Shown here piece after piece: positions 11,797 to 24,564 of a stretch of 64,000 nucleotides of DNA. Every line of letters begins with the position of its first letter. Within the stretch, counting starts at the first letter, position 1. The notes below the pieces were generated by a model. The model was not told the DNA's origin and did not search any database. It was given only the letters and a program-made list of their open reading frames with translations. The DNA comes from Octopus bimaculoides (Eukaryota): NCBI RefSeq assembly GCF_001194135.2, contig NC_069002.1, positions 17,264,390 to 17,328,389 of the forward strand, read 5' to 3'. Made by a program: the position numbers and the translations under genes.

Positions 11797-12100
11797 CAGT
11801 GGGAATAGAATTGAGTCTTGACACCCGTCCTGTCAATGTAACCTGGAAAATTCTAGGAAAAGTATCAGCATACAGATATGGAACTTATAAAAGACCTATG
11901 AAATGTAATCTTTGCCTCTCAGAAAAGTTCTTCATCCTATTCCAGGATAAAAATGCTTTGAACCAGAGACGCTAGCTCTTAAATTCCTGCAGGCATGCAG
12001 CAAAATTTAAAATGTCAACCGACAAAATACCATATGGGTAAAATGTGTTGACTTTCGAAAAAGTTTGACTGTCACATTTGAACTTTATATGTTATAGTTA

Positions 12101-12996
12101 TTACCTCCGCCAAGGAAAGAGGTTATGTTTTCATCGTTGTTGGTTTGTCCGTCTGTCCGTCTGTGTGAAAAATAACTCAAAAAGTTGTGAACGGTATTTG
12201 ATTTAACTTGCAAGAAAAGTTGGTAATGATACGAGGAACAGATGATGAAATTTTGGTAGTGATCTCGGAATTTTTATGGATTCTTGAAGGATTTTTCATT
12301 TGTTATATTTACTTGACATGAAGTATTACAATGTTACGTTCTTTGATTACCTCCCTTGAAAACACGTTGATCATTTCCACGTAACCTATGGTGGCGTTGC
12401 TGTTTCCAAAATTTCATCATCTGTTCCTTGTGTNNNNNNNNNNNNNNNNNNNNNNNNNNNNNNNNNNNNNNNNNNNNNNNNNNNNNNNNNNNNNNNNNNN
12501 NNNNNNNNNNNNNNNNNNNNNNNNNNNNNNNNNNNNNNNNNNNNNNNNNNNNNNNNNNNNNNNNNNNNNNNNNNNNNNNNNNNNNNNNNNNNNNNNNNNN
12601 NNNNNNNNNNNNNNNNNNNNNNNNNNNNNNNNNNNNNNNNNNNNNNNNNNNNNNNNNNNNNNNNNNNNNNNNNNNNNNNNNNNNNNNNNNNNNNNNNNNN
12701 NNNNNNNNNNNNNNNNNNNNNNNNNNNNNNNNNNNNNNNNNNNNNNGTCCCATGAGTATCGAATAATGGATTTTCAACTGTTTAAAGATACTGATTGTGG
12801 TGATTGTAGTTTTGACGGTGATTGTGGTGAAAGCAGAGACAGTGTTGATGATGACGATGGTCGAGATAAGTATGGGAAGAGGTTATGTTTTTGCCAGCGT
12901 TGGTTTGAGAAATTGGGTGATTTTTCAGCATGCATGTATATGGGTGGAAATGAGCTGTTTGGCGGAGGTCTGCACTCTCCGAGTGCTTTTCTAGTT
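12101..12996 (+). mobile_element. Helentron-associated non-autonomous element (HINE/DINE-1-like), gapped
   Basis: 11-bp subterminal inverted repeat ACCTCCGCCAA (12103-12113) / TTGGCGGAGGT (12959-12969). A 3' hairpin GCACTC-TCC-GAGTGC is followed by TTTTCTAG, and a GTCC/GTCT microsatellite lies near the 5' end. Confidence 0.75.
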
Positions 12997-13307
12997 TTGC
13001 ATTGCAATGCTAATGCATATTTCGTCTCCACTTTTAAGAAAGCCTTCGACTATTTTACAAACTTAAGCTTAAGCATCGCCAAGGTTTATTTTTATTGTCT
13101 ACTCATGTATTTAATTATGTTATATCAAATTAATGTGCAATTTCCTATTTTTACATTTTCATATTATATACACTGGACGGTTTTTTAAATTGTTTGCAGA
13201 TATATCTTATGATGTATATATTTATCTTGATGTGAAGATATGTCTGTATATATTTATGTGTATGTATATATTGTGGGTTTGTATATGTATGTGTGTGCGC
13301 GTATACA

Positions 13308-13363
<56 letters not shown>

Positions 13364-13366
<3 letters not shown>

Positions 13367-13562
13367 GATTGGAGCCTGGTGTTGCCATCCGGTTTCACCA
13401 GTCCTCAGTCAAATCGTCCAACCCATGCTAGCATGGAAAGCGGACGTTAAACAATGATGATGATGATGATATATATGTGGGTGGCACATAAAATACACCA
13501 TTTTGAGCGTGGCCATTGCCAGTATCGCCTGACTGGCCTTCGTGCAGGTGACACGTAAAAGC
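13364..13562 (+). mobile_element. RTE-tail copy plus start of a 65-bp-unit element running into a gap
   Basis: AGATTGGAGCCTGG..CCAACCCATGCTAGCATGGAAAGCGGACGTTAAAC(GAT)n, then GGTGGCACATAAAATACACCATTTTGAGCGTGG matching the units at 461-748. Confidence 0.8.
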
Positions 13563-15104
13563 NNNNNNNNNNNNNNNNNNNNNNNNNNNNNNNNNNNNNN
13601 NNNNNNNNNNNNNNNNNNNNNNNNNNNNNNNNNNNNNNNNNNNNNNNNNNNNNNNNNNNNNNNNNNNNNNNNNNNNNNNNNNNNNNNNNNNNNNNNNNNN
13701 NNNNNNNNNNNNNNNNNNNNNNNNNNNNNNNNNNNNNNNNNNNNNNNNNNNNNNNNNNNNNNNNNNNNNNNNNNNNNNNNNNNNNNNNNNNNNNNNNNNN
13801 NNNNNNNNNNNNNNNNNNNNNNNNNNNNNNNNNNNNNNNNNNNNNNNNNNNNNNNNNNNNNNNNNNNNNNNNNNNNNNNNNNNNNNNNNNNNNNNNNNNN
13901 NNNNNNNNNNNNNNNNNNNNNNNNNNNNNNNNNNNNNNNNNNNNNNNNNNNNNNNNNNNNNNNNNNNNNNNNNNNNNNNNNNNNNNNNNNNNNNNNNNNN
14001 NNNNNNNNNNNNNNNNNNNNNNNNNNNNNNNNNNNNNNNNNNNNNNNNNNNNNNNNNNNNNNNNNNNNNNNNNNNNNNNNNNNNNNNNNNNNNNNNNNNN
14101 NNNNNNNNNNNNNNNNNNNNNNNNNNNNNNNNNNNNNNNNNNNNNNNNNNNNNNNNNNNNNNNNNNNNNNNNNNNNNNNNNNNNNNNNNNNNNNNNNNNN
14201 NNNNNNNNNNNNNNNNNNNNNNNNNNNNNNNNNNNNNNNNNNNNNNNNNNNNNNNNNNNNNNNNNNNNNNNNNNNNNNNNNNNNNNNNNNNNNNNNNNNN
14301 NNNNNNNNNNNNNNNNNNNNNNNNNNNNNNNNNNNNNNNNNNNNNNNNNNNNNNNNNNNNNNNNNNNNNNNNNNNNNNNNNNNNNNNNNNNNNNNNNNNN
14401 NNNNNNNNNNNNNNNNNNNNNNNNNNNNNNNNNNNNNNNNNNNNNNNNNNNNNTATATACATACATCCATACACATATACACACATACACACATTATATA
14501 TATATATATATATATACATACATACATACATGACAGGCTTCTTCCAGTTTCCGTCTACAAATCCACTCACAAGGCTTTGATCAGTCCAAGGCTATAGCAG
14601 AAGACACTTGCCCAAGGTGCCACACATTGGAACTGAACTCAGAACCGTGTGGTAGAGAAGCCAGGGATTCTGAGAATCACATTGCTCCTTTTATGGACTC
14701 AGCTAACAGTCCACATAATAATCTAATAGAGGGAAGTGTAATGTAGAGTGTTCATGCAGCTGAAATACAGAAGATCCAGTTGATGAGATTATTTCATGAG
14801 GAGTATATAAATCATAAAAAGTCAAGTGGTAGGAGAGGTGATAGTATTTAACCACTTGACATCCTAAGGATTATGGCCATCTCACAAATCAATGCAAATA
14901 AAAAAAGCTGGCTCATCAGATCACCAATGGTCCAGAGTTGACTTTGCTGGTGTAACCAATGCAGAGCATGTATATTTATGCAAACATTTAAGCACAATTT
15001 TTCCTTCACTGAAATTCTTACTACATGAATAAGGCCATAACTCTAAGGATGTCAAATGGTTAAATAAATATATCTTCCTCTCATACCTCCTGATTTTATA
15101 TACA

Positions 15105-15525
15105 TAGGCACAAGCATGGCTGTGTTGTAAGAAGCTTGCTTCTCAGCCACATGGTTCCAGGTTCAGTCCCATTGCATGGCACCTTGGGCAAGTGTCTTCT
15201 ACTATAATCTTGGGTCAACCAAAACTTTGTGAGTGGATTTGGTAGACAGAAACTGAAAGAAGCCCGTCATATATGTATATGTGTATGTATATCTATGTGT
15301 GTGTGTGTCTGCCTTTGTCTGTGTTTGTTCCCTCACCACCGCTTGACAACCAGTGTTGGGGTGTTAACATCCTTGTAACTTAGTGGTTCAGAAAAAGAGA
15401 GTGATAGAATAAGTACCAGGCTTAAATATGTGCTGGAGTCGATTCATTTGACTAAAAATTCAAGGTGGTGCCCCAGCATGACTGCAATTTAATGACTGGA
15501 ACAAGTAAAAAATAAAAGATAAAAG
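15105..15525 (+). mobile_element. full-length tRNA-derived SINE with central microsatellite and GATAAAA tail
   Basis: Head GGCTGTGTTGTAAGAAGCTTGCTTCTCAGCCACATGGTTCCAGGTTCAGTCCC, core CACCTTGGGCAAGTGTCTTCTACTATA, (TA/TG)n spacer and tail ending AAAGATAAAAGA. It matches 40561-40963. Confidence 0.85.
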
Positions 15526-15563
15526 ATATATATATATATATGTGTGTGTGTATATATATATAC

Positions 15564-16209
15564 ACCAGAAATCGATCTATGGCTAAACTTTTCTGTTCAT
15601 TCCCCCACTTTCAGCCCATGTCTATGTGATGAATAAGGTAGTTTTAGAGCCATTTGGCATCTTCTTCTAGTATATGACATTACTCAGTAGTTGCCCTTAT
15701 TATAATGTTATAATTATATTTATAAAATGAAATACTTTGTATTAATTTTTACCTAAATGATTTTTCACATGCTAGCTACTTGATAAAATCCTATATAGAT
15801 TTTATCCTTGATTATAATGATAAATATGAATTCACTTGAACCAAATTTATTCACTGCTGAATTATTTTGGTTATTCGCACGTGACTGAAATGAATGAACT
15901 AGATTTAACTTGTATATAAGTGTGAACATTTGTATATGCACTGTGGATGCGTTGTGTTCCTATGGTATGTATAAATGTTTATAATTATGTACTTTCGGTT
16001 GTCATACTGAGAATGGTAAAGTGGTGTTACATCACTAAACCAGAAATCAATTTATAGCTAAACTTTTAAAAAGATCTTTTTTGTTCATTTCCTCACTTTC
16101 AGACTAAATAAGGTAGTTTTAGAGTCATTTGGTGTCTCCTTCTAGCATGTGGCATTACTCAGTACTTGCCCTTATTATAAAATTATAATTATATTTATAA
16201 AATTAAATA
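15564..16209 (+). mobile_element. partially tandem non-coding element (period 475 bp) with decayed hammerhead; PLE pseudo-LTR-like
   Basis: 15564-~15737 repeats at 16039-~16209, with (TA)n on both flanks. A hammerhead fold at 16001-16058 overlaps the start of the second copy. Confidence 0.65.
16001..16058 (+). ncRNA. degenerate minimal hammerhead ribozyme
   Basis: GTCATA-CTGAGAA-(29-nt stem II, TGGT..ACCA)-GAA-ATCAAT-T-TATAGC. The upstream copy keeps GAA-ATCGAT-C-TATGGC, which pairs with GTCATA. The core has G8A. Confidence 0.6.
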
Positions 16210-16369
16210 CTTTATATATATATAAAGAGAGAGAGAGACAGGGGGAGAAGGAAGGAGGCAACCGAGAACAAATCAAAACAAAGAAAAATGGTTACGAAAC
16301 GGGGAAAAAAAAACTTTCAAAAATGGCACAACATTCAACTAAGTGCACCAAAGAAACTGGGCATTCAAC

Positions 16370-16930
16370 AAGACTACTCTCTGCCGTAATGACAGTTCTG
16401 GTGTGGCTACAGAAGTGACTGCATAGTAGCTTCCACCCATGCCACCCACCATGCCTACAGTAAATCCTCTAACCCTGTGGGGCCATCGGTTGATCTCAAT
16501 AATGATGTCCTCAGACACTGCAATTCAAGAGGTCCAAGTGTACCTTGAATGTTGGACATCCATGAGCTTTGAGGCCACTAAGCTCAATAATATGAGGTAG
16601 AGGTCAATTGATTACATGTACATGGTTCTCTTGGTCCTACTGGGCATGAGCTACCCTTTCCTCTTAATGTAGAACTTGTATGTGATCTCCTTGTACATTT
16701 TTGATTGTGGACACAACCACCTTGAGCTACTGAGTGATTATCCTTATTAACCTGTTAGGTTGTTGCTGGTGTCTTAGAACTACTAAATGTACACAACCAT
16801 CCTGATAGCACATGACTGCTGAGGATGTTTCAGTTGGTTATAAATGACACATTCCTGTCAGAAGCCTCCATCTCTTTCGCGACCCTAGACACAAAGGACC
16901 CAAGAAGCTGCTATACTTTGAGTTAGTGTA
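16370..16930 (-). mobile_element. highly decayed non-LTR retrotransposon fragment
   Basis: GC-richer than the flanks, with a minus-strand remnant resembling LINE C-terminal (H)LxLL..QCLR motifs. Many stops. Confidence 0.35.
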
Positions 16931-17154
16931 GCTTATCAGCTAGACTCATGAGCATGCTTTTCCATGGCACATGTCAAATTGGAAGCAGTTTTGTTCAAGT
17001 TCCCAATATGTTTAAAAAAAAAAATGATGAAGTTAAAATTTGGCACATACTGTGTAACATTACATTAAGTTCATTTTTGGCCTGCTCTACACACTCACTC
17101 ACTCACTCACACACACACACATGCACAGACAGACACACACACATGCACAGACAG

Positions 17155-17187
<33 letters not shown>

Positions 17188-17242
17188 CTTACATACATAT
17201 GTACATGCATATATACAAACACACACACATATACATATATAC

Positions 17243-18330
17243 CAGGCTAAGTCAAAAGTTTTTTCCATATTTCAAGCTTTAATTAATAATTCAAACAATA
17301 TATGAAAAGTGTTTATTCATCAAAATATATCCCATCAAATTCTATTGTCTGTTGCCATTGTTGTGCCAGAAGCTCAATTCCTTGCTTATACCATTTGGCT
17401 GGTTTACTGGTAAAAAAAACTCCCCACACTTGTTTTTAACCTCGTTCACATTGTTGAACCTCCATCTATGCAAGAAATGAGCCATGGTTCAGAAATGGCG
17501 GTAATCTGATGATGCAAGGCCTGGACTGTTGAGAGGGTGAGGCAGCACTTGCAGCCCTTCAAGTTCCTCAAGATTGCACTTGGTTACATTGGTAGTGTGT
17601 GCTAGGCATTTCATGCTGTAGGAGTGTACATCTTTGATTAACCGATGCTGGGTTGTGGGATTTCAAAGCATCATATTTGGTTGTTGAGCATAAAAGTTAG
17701 CATTCTCAGTATGACCATCTGAGACATGCTCAAAGTGCAACACCCATTTGAAATTTTACTAAACACACAACTTGACCTTCTGTTGAAACCACACTTATTT
17801 AACAATAAGTCCTGAAGTCTTCCATAACAAAGCTGATTCCTCTTGTTCGGATTATGAAAATAGATCCATTTTTCATCTTCAGTTTCAATTTGACACCAAA
17901 AACGGGCATCCCAAGGGTTTGCCAGCAGTTGTCTGCAAATATTCATACATTGTTGAGCCTGGTTATTGGTCAGTTCATGAGGAACATCTCAACAGCATCT
18001 GTTCACAAGGCTGAGCTTATGGCATTATTGACCGATGGTGTTTTGTGAAAGACTAAATTCTGCTGACAGTGTACAAGTGCTTGTGCTTGGCTGTTCAACC
18101 ATTTCAAATAAGGCTTCATCTTCCACAACAGAAGGTCTCCCTGACCTTGGTTTCTCTTCGACATTGATGTCACCTTCCTTGAAACATCTGAACCAGCTTT
18201 GTGCCATACATCTGTTGACAGTTCCTTGGCCATCCACATCATTAATTTCTTTTGCTGCTGCCGTTGAACTCAGTCTTTTTTTTTCCACAGGTAGCGTAAA
18301 ATGGTTCTAATTGCAATTTTTTCACCACTC
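17243..18330 (-). mobile_element. mariner-family transposon remnant
   Basis: Minus-strand peptides AQSWFRCFKEGDINVEEKPRSGRP (HTH region), ETEDEKWIYF (TGDEKW-like) and HPLNSPGLASSDY (YSPDLAPSDY-like). Frameshifted, and only one terminus is recognisable. Confidence 0.9.
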
Positions 18331-19429
18331 ATTATCAAAACTATAAAATAAAGAATAAACAATTTATCAACATTTGGGCAACAAGCATGCCTTCATGCTT
18401 GTCTCACCATGGTGTCTGACAACTAGTGTTGATTTGTTTATGTCCCTATAACTTGGTAGTTCAGTAAAAGAGACGAATAAAATAAGTACCAGATTAAAAT
18501 AAAAATATATATATATATATACTGCGCTCAATTTGTGCAACTAAATCCTTCAAGCTCAGTGATTGAAACAAAAATTCATATGCTCACACACACACACATG
18601 CACGTCACACACACACATGCACATACACACACACATGCTCACACATATACACTCACACACACACACATGCACACTCACACACACATGCTCACAAAGACAC
18701 ACATACACACACGCATGATGTCTGTTTTTGCAATGACATTAGTGTTTGTTAATTTGCCTGTAAGAAGGCCACTGTCCAAACCCACTTTATTGATTTGATA
18801 TAAAACAAATGAAGTACAGTTTAAATTCATGTAAAGAAGACTTTCTTTATAAGAACACCATTTTCATTGACCATTTATAACCGTCTGGTTTATCATCATC
18901 TTCATTGTCATCATAATTGTGAATTATATATATATATATATATATATATNNNNNNNNNNNNNNNNNNNNNNNNNNNNNNNNNNNNNNNNNNNNNNNNNNN
19001 NNNNNNNNNNNNNNNNNNNNNNNNNNNNNNNNNNNNNNNNNNNNNNNNNNNNNNNNNNNNNNNNNNNNNNNNNNNNNNNNNNNNNNNNNNNNNNNNNNNN
19101 NNNNNNNNNNNNNNNNNNNNNNNNNNNNNNNNNNNNNNNNNNNNNNNNNNNNNNNNNNNNNNNNNNNNNNNNNNNNNNNNNNNNNNNNNNNNNNNNNNNN
19201 NNNNNNNNNNNNNNNNNNNNNNNNNNNNNNNNNNNNNNNNNNNNNNNNNNNNNNNNNNNNNNNNNNNNNNNNNNNNATATATGTATCAGACTGGAGCCTG
19301 GTGTTGCCATCCAGTTTCATCAGTCCTCAGTCAAATCGTCCAACCCATGCTAGCATGGAAAGCGGACGTTAAACGATGATGATGATGATGATGATATATG
19401 TATATGTATAATATGATGATGATATGACA

Positions 19430-20210
19430 TTTGTTGCGATTGTCACCATTGTCAGACATTCATCTTCGTTGTCATTGTCATCATCACCGTTGCCATGACT
19501 ATTTTTATTGCTGACATCATTGTTTCGTCATTGTATTCAATGTTTGTTAGTAACTACTGTTGTCATAGATTGTTTCAGTGCCACCATCACTGTTCATCAT
19601 TACAGTTGTCACATACATCACCATATTCATCTTAGTCATCATCATCATCGTCATCCTCATCATCTCATGTTTGCCATCAGTTAATCTTGAGATGAAGTGG
19701 GGGTCAGGGGATATTATTGTTTAGACCAGTGTTGTCATTAGTTATCACAACCACAATCTTCAACACCACCACCACACAAACACACTTCCCACACCATAAT
19801 TACTACCTTGCATATATTGGTCACTACTACTGTCACAGACCAACACCAATAGTGCCACTGTACCAGTGCTGCACCACCATGCCACCATCTCTAGCACTAC
19901 CATGCCTGTGTCACTAACACCACCGTTTCAACATCGCTAGTACCGCTGCCCTTATCTTGCTAGCACCACTGCACCAGTGTTATTAGCTCCCCACTCCTAA
20001 CATTGTCAGCATCACCAACACCACCACAATCGTTTGTACCACCATGACTGTCACTAACACTTGTGTACCATCACCACTACATGTACTCTTACCGTCACAC
20101 CACAGCCACTATCACCACCATTACCATACCACATAAATTACCACAACCAATAACTATCATTACCACCACCACCACCGCCGCCACCACCGTCATTATCATC
20201 ATCGACATCA
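19430..20210. repeat. degenerate (CAT/CAC)n low-complexity tract
   Basis: About 800 bp of decayed CAT/CAC/ACC triplet repeats. Confidence 0.85.
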
Positions 20211-20418
20211 TTCTCTTCTAATAAGGGAGATTTCTGACTGCATGTTTAACAAATACAATGGCACTGTGTTGAAAACATTGGAAATGAATCCAGCAGATAA
20301 TAATTACCATGTTCCCTAAGGACTTTCAGTTTTCTAATAAAGTAATTAGCTATGTTAGTTTTTTAACATTTGCACAGCAGACATTTCTAAAGAACACAAG
20401 ATAATCATCATCATTGCC

Positions 20419-20465
<47 letters not shown>

Positions 20466-21734
20466 TTGGAGTTACCAGTTTTGGATGTGTCTTTTGTGAG
20501 TTCATGTTTAAGAGACAAAAAAAAAACAATACTGGATTACTTTATGAATCAGATGTTTTTTTTTTTGTTGTTGCACTTATGTAGACTTGTTGTTATATAA
20601 AGAGAAGCCTTTCTTTTATTATTTTGGTTTTTGCTCATTTAGTAGGAGAAAAAAACTTTTGCACTTGAATTTTTTTTGCTGCCAGATAATTTTTTTAAAT
20701 AAGGTTTGTAAAAATGGTATCCACTAAAGTGGTTGTAGGATGAGGAGGCTCTGACAAAAGTGGTAGCAACATTTTACATTCCCAAAAGAAATATTATTAT
20801 CTAACTTGTTCTCCCAACTTTCCTTACTTTTTATTGTCAACTCTTAACTGTCTTTATTTTTTTTTAAGTTGGGGGTTGTTTTATTCCTTTAAACTGTATA
20901 TAAGAAATGTAAAAAAAAAACACCACCAATTTTTTGTTGAGATAGTTTCATTTGCAGAAGTGAAAATAACATTCAGATACACACACACACACACACACAT
21001 GTGCACATGCATAATGTAGCAGACAACTAAAATAATTTACAGGAAGAACACAAAAGACATACGAAAGGACACAAACATGCTCTTCTCCTTATCGGTTGTC
21101 AAATATCATCACAATTTCACCATGCACATTTACATGCATGTGTGTGTGTGTGTGTGTGTGTATACTTACAAACATACATACATACATTCATATATATATA
21201 TATATACATATATAATGGATAAGAATATATCTAAAGATATGTAACAGATCAATGCTCAGACTGGATCAAATGGAATCTAGACCAACAAGTGTAGGCTACA
21301 GGTAATATGCCAGTTGAGTTAATGAAAATATATAGATATATATATAGAATGAGCTTCTCTACAGTTTCTATCTACCATTTCCACTCACAAGAAATTGGTT
21401 GGCTCAAGGCTTTAGTAGAAGGCACTTGCCATTAGAATTGTAATTGGTCAATAATCTTCATGTGGAATTTCTGTGGTCAAAAAGCCATGGGATTGTCTTT
21501 TGATGCTTCTTGATGCTGTGTAGTGAATGGTTGGAACCAGTTCATCTTAGCCCAGGTGAACATTAACAAAACCTGGTATATTACAATCTCTAACCTACAA
21601 GTGAGTTCTCCATATTCTATCCATCCTAATGCTATTATGATAGACTCAGTTAATCTGAACTCTCTTTCACAAATGAATTTTGTTGAACCAACCCCTTTTT
21701 TCCAAGTTTACTGAATATTTGAAGATAATAGCCA

Positions 21735-22160
21735 CAAGCATGGTTGTGTTGTTAAGAAGTTTACCTCCCAACCACTGAGTTTCATGTTCAGTTCACTGTA
21801 TTACACCTTGGGCGGGGAGCAAATGACATATACTATAGCCCTAGGTCAAGCAAAGCCTTATGAATGGATTTGGTTGATGGAAACTAAAAGAAACCCATTG
21901 TGTGTGTGTGTGAGCATGTGAAAATTTGTGCCTCCTTGTCTTGACATTGCATGATAGTTGTAAACAAGTTTCACTGTCATACAAGCAGTGTTGTTCATTT
22001 CCAGTATTGCATAAAAACATGTCTGGTAAAGGGAAAATATTACCTTGCTTGGAAACAAGTGAGGGTTGGTGATAGGAAGGTGTCCAGCCGTAGAAAATCT
22101 GCCTCAGTAAAGTCTGGCTGACCCATGCAAGCATGGAAAAGTAGATGTTAAAATGATGAT
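21735..22160 (+). mobile_element. full-length SINE with the 15105-type head and an RTE-like tail
   Basis: Head and core match 15105-15260, then (TG)n, then GGAAAATATTACCTTGCTTGGAAAC..ACCCATGCAAGCATGGAAAAG..TTAAAATGATGAT. Other copies lie at 25080-25503 (+), 38640-39045 (-) and 62870-63190 (-). Confidence 0.8.
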
Positions 22161-23574
22161 TAATCCCATACAGATTTTCATTTAACTACAGTTAGGTGGA
22201 TTCTAATGCTAAGCAGTGGCTTTTTTTTAATGTTGAAGTATGAATATGGTTGATTGCAAATGAGAGGTGTCAACCAGTTTATCAAATCCCTGTTGTTCTT
22301 TAACCCCGAGATCAGCTTTGATCAGAGGCGTTACAGCTATAATTAGGTCAGGGACTATATATTGTCATGTATCCTTCTTCTTTTAAAGATAATAGGGTGT
22401 GATTTGAGGGAAATTTAGCTGCTATTTCTAATAGGCCAAGCGGCTATGTAAAGACTATTGTCTCACAGCCATGTAGTACAATGAAAACTTTTGCTGTTTG
22501 TTCTTGTCCAATTTTGTTTGAGTTAATCTCCCAGAAAAGGTCTATAAGTGAAGACAGATTAAATTTGTTCTGGAAGAGAAAGCAAGCTTGATACTTACTT
22601 AGAGACTAATTAATTTGTTTCTGCCGTTGTCTTCTGTGAATGGAATGTTGTTCTTAGATGCTTTTGTGCTTGACCAGTTGGATTGCAGATTAGTGATAGC
22701 ACTGAAGTCAGTCATTTCATTCATCTTTTGTGATTCAATCAAAACACAACGAAGGTGAGAAATAGCTGGGACATGTGGGTGTAGGTAGTTGTTTTTTTAA
22801 AAAAATTTTTTATTTATGTGGGACTGCTTATTAATTTTTAGGTGATATTGATCAAGTGATTAAGGCATATTGTGTTTTTGAGTTCAAATCTTATTAGTAC
22901 AAATATAACGGTGTTTCTATGAGCAGAGCACAAAATTCTGCTTCCTACAGTTTACTCGAATTACCCCATCAAAAAAACCTTCTCTGACTTCACAGTTGAT
23001 TGGTAATCAGTTGCTCCAAGCATGGAAAAAAATGTTTTATAGTAAATATATATAAAACCTTAAAAAAAAATTAATTTAACCAGGACTATTCTTTTATATG
23101 TCTTATGCATATCTGATGTGATGATGATGATGCTTATCTGGTTGTGCACGTATCACCAGCATAATAGAAAAAATTCAAATTAAAAAATCACCTGAATATT
23201 TAGGGGTCATAGTTTGTGATATCAAAATGTGAACTGAACTGCTGACTTCTTGCCACTACACATTTAGTCATCCCTCCCAAATAACCAGATAGATAGGCCC
23301 AGAACAACACAACAGGAATCTTAACACTTACCACTCATTTCTAACAAACATGAAAACTATGAACATGAGAAATATCATTCATATTTCCCTCAAATTAATT
23401 CCATCATCAAAATTTTATGTCCATATTCCATGCTGAGATGGATAGGACAGTTTGACAGGATCCAACAATCTCAGAACTAGACTATGCTCCATAATCAACT
23501 CTCAACTTTGACATGGTTTCTACAACTGGATGTCCCTCCTAACACCAACCACTTTACAGTATGTACTAAAAATA

Positions 23575-23877
23575 ATAATAAGTGCACCCTTTTAAAGCCT
23601 AGCCAGGCTCATGGGCCCAGTTTTCCGGTTTCAATGGCGTATATGTACCTCGGCTGGACGGGACGCTAGTCCATCGCAGCGTTACTCATTTTTGCCAGCT
23701 GAGTGGACTGGAGCAACGTGAAATGAAGTGTTTTGCTCAAGAACACAATGCGTCGCCCGGTCNNNNNNNNNNTGAAGTGTTTTGCTCAAGAACACAATGC
23801 GTCGCCCGGTCCAGGAATCGAAACCACAATCTTACGATCATGATGCTGACACCCTAACCACTAAGCCACGTGCCTCC
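23575..23877 (-). mobile_element. young CpG-rich tRNA-derived SINE
   Basis: Minus strand has A box TGGCTTAGTGGT, B box GTTTCGATTCC, core TGTGTTCTTGAGCAAAACACTTCATTTC, then GCGATGGACTAGCGTCCCGTCCAG..GAAACCGG and a TTA tail. Confidence 0.85.
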
Positions 23878-24564
23878 ACACAGTGTGTACTAGGTGCTCT
23901 TTTTCTTTTTATGACACCAGCATCAGTGAGGTCACAAAAACCATGGACCTTGACAGAGGTAGCTTTATGCTAGAGTAGAATGATTTCTTGCTGTAGCAGA
24001 GCTACGTGGCTTTTCACATTTTAGAGAGAGGGTGGGGATGATTGAAGTACAACTGAGAAGAGATGAAAATAGTGGTAATGAAGGTGTTTGTGTGGACCCT
24101 CGTGGTATGAGGTGAGTAGAAGGGAGTGGGAAAAATGGAAGATATGTTGTCAGAATAAAGATGAGAACAATGGCTGCATCATCTTTGATTTGGACTCAGC
24201 TCAGTCAAAAATGACTTGGGACTATCTTCATATGTATTTGAATAGAAGACAACCTAAACTACCCCAATATAAACAGGGACCATCTTTGATGCCTGTTTCA
24301 CTGACACAATAAGCTACCCTTGGAAATGGAGATTTAAAAGAATCTTTTTTGTTACTGCAATCAGAAGAAATATTGAGCTTCGGCTTAGAACTCCAATTTG
24401 TCTTTTAACAATTCTGAAACTGGCTCTTTTCCAACTGACCATGTTGTATTTTAGGTCAATAGTTCTTAAACAGTGGTGGCTGCAAGATGTAACAAAGTGA
24501 GCTGCAAATATAAAATTCTTTTAACAAAAGTAAAAAAATACAAGCTGAAATTCTAAATGTTTAG

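Noticed and set aside
13409-14597. long ORFs of 340-380 aa (also 60183-61190, 18847-19379, 7133-7747, 12334-13188)
   Set aside because: They run through N gaps and consist mostly of X.
22658-22754. possible exon (TTCTTAG|ATGC..GAAG|GTGAGA) with one open frame DAFVLDQLDCRLVIALK..
   Set aside because: The peptide is unrecognised and there are no neighbouring exons. It could be a UTR exon but cannot be supported without RNA data.
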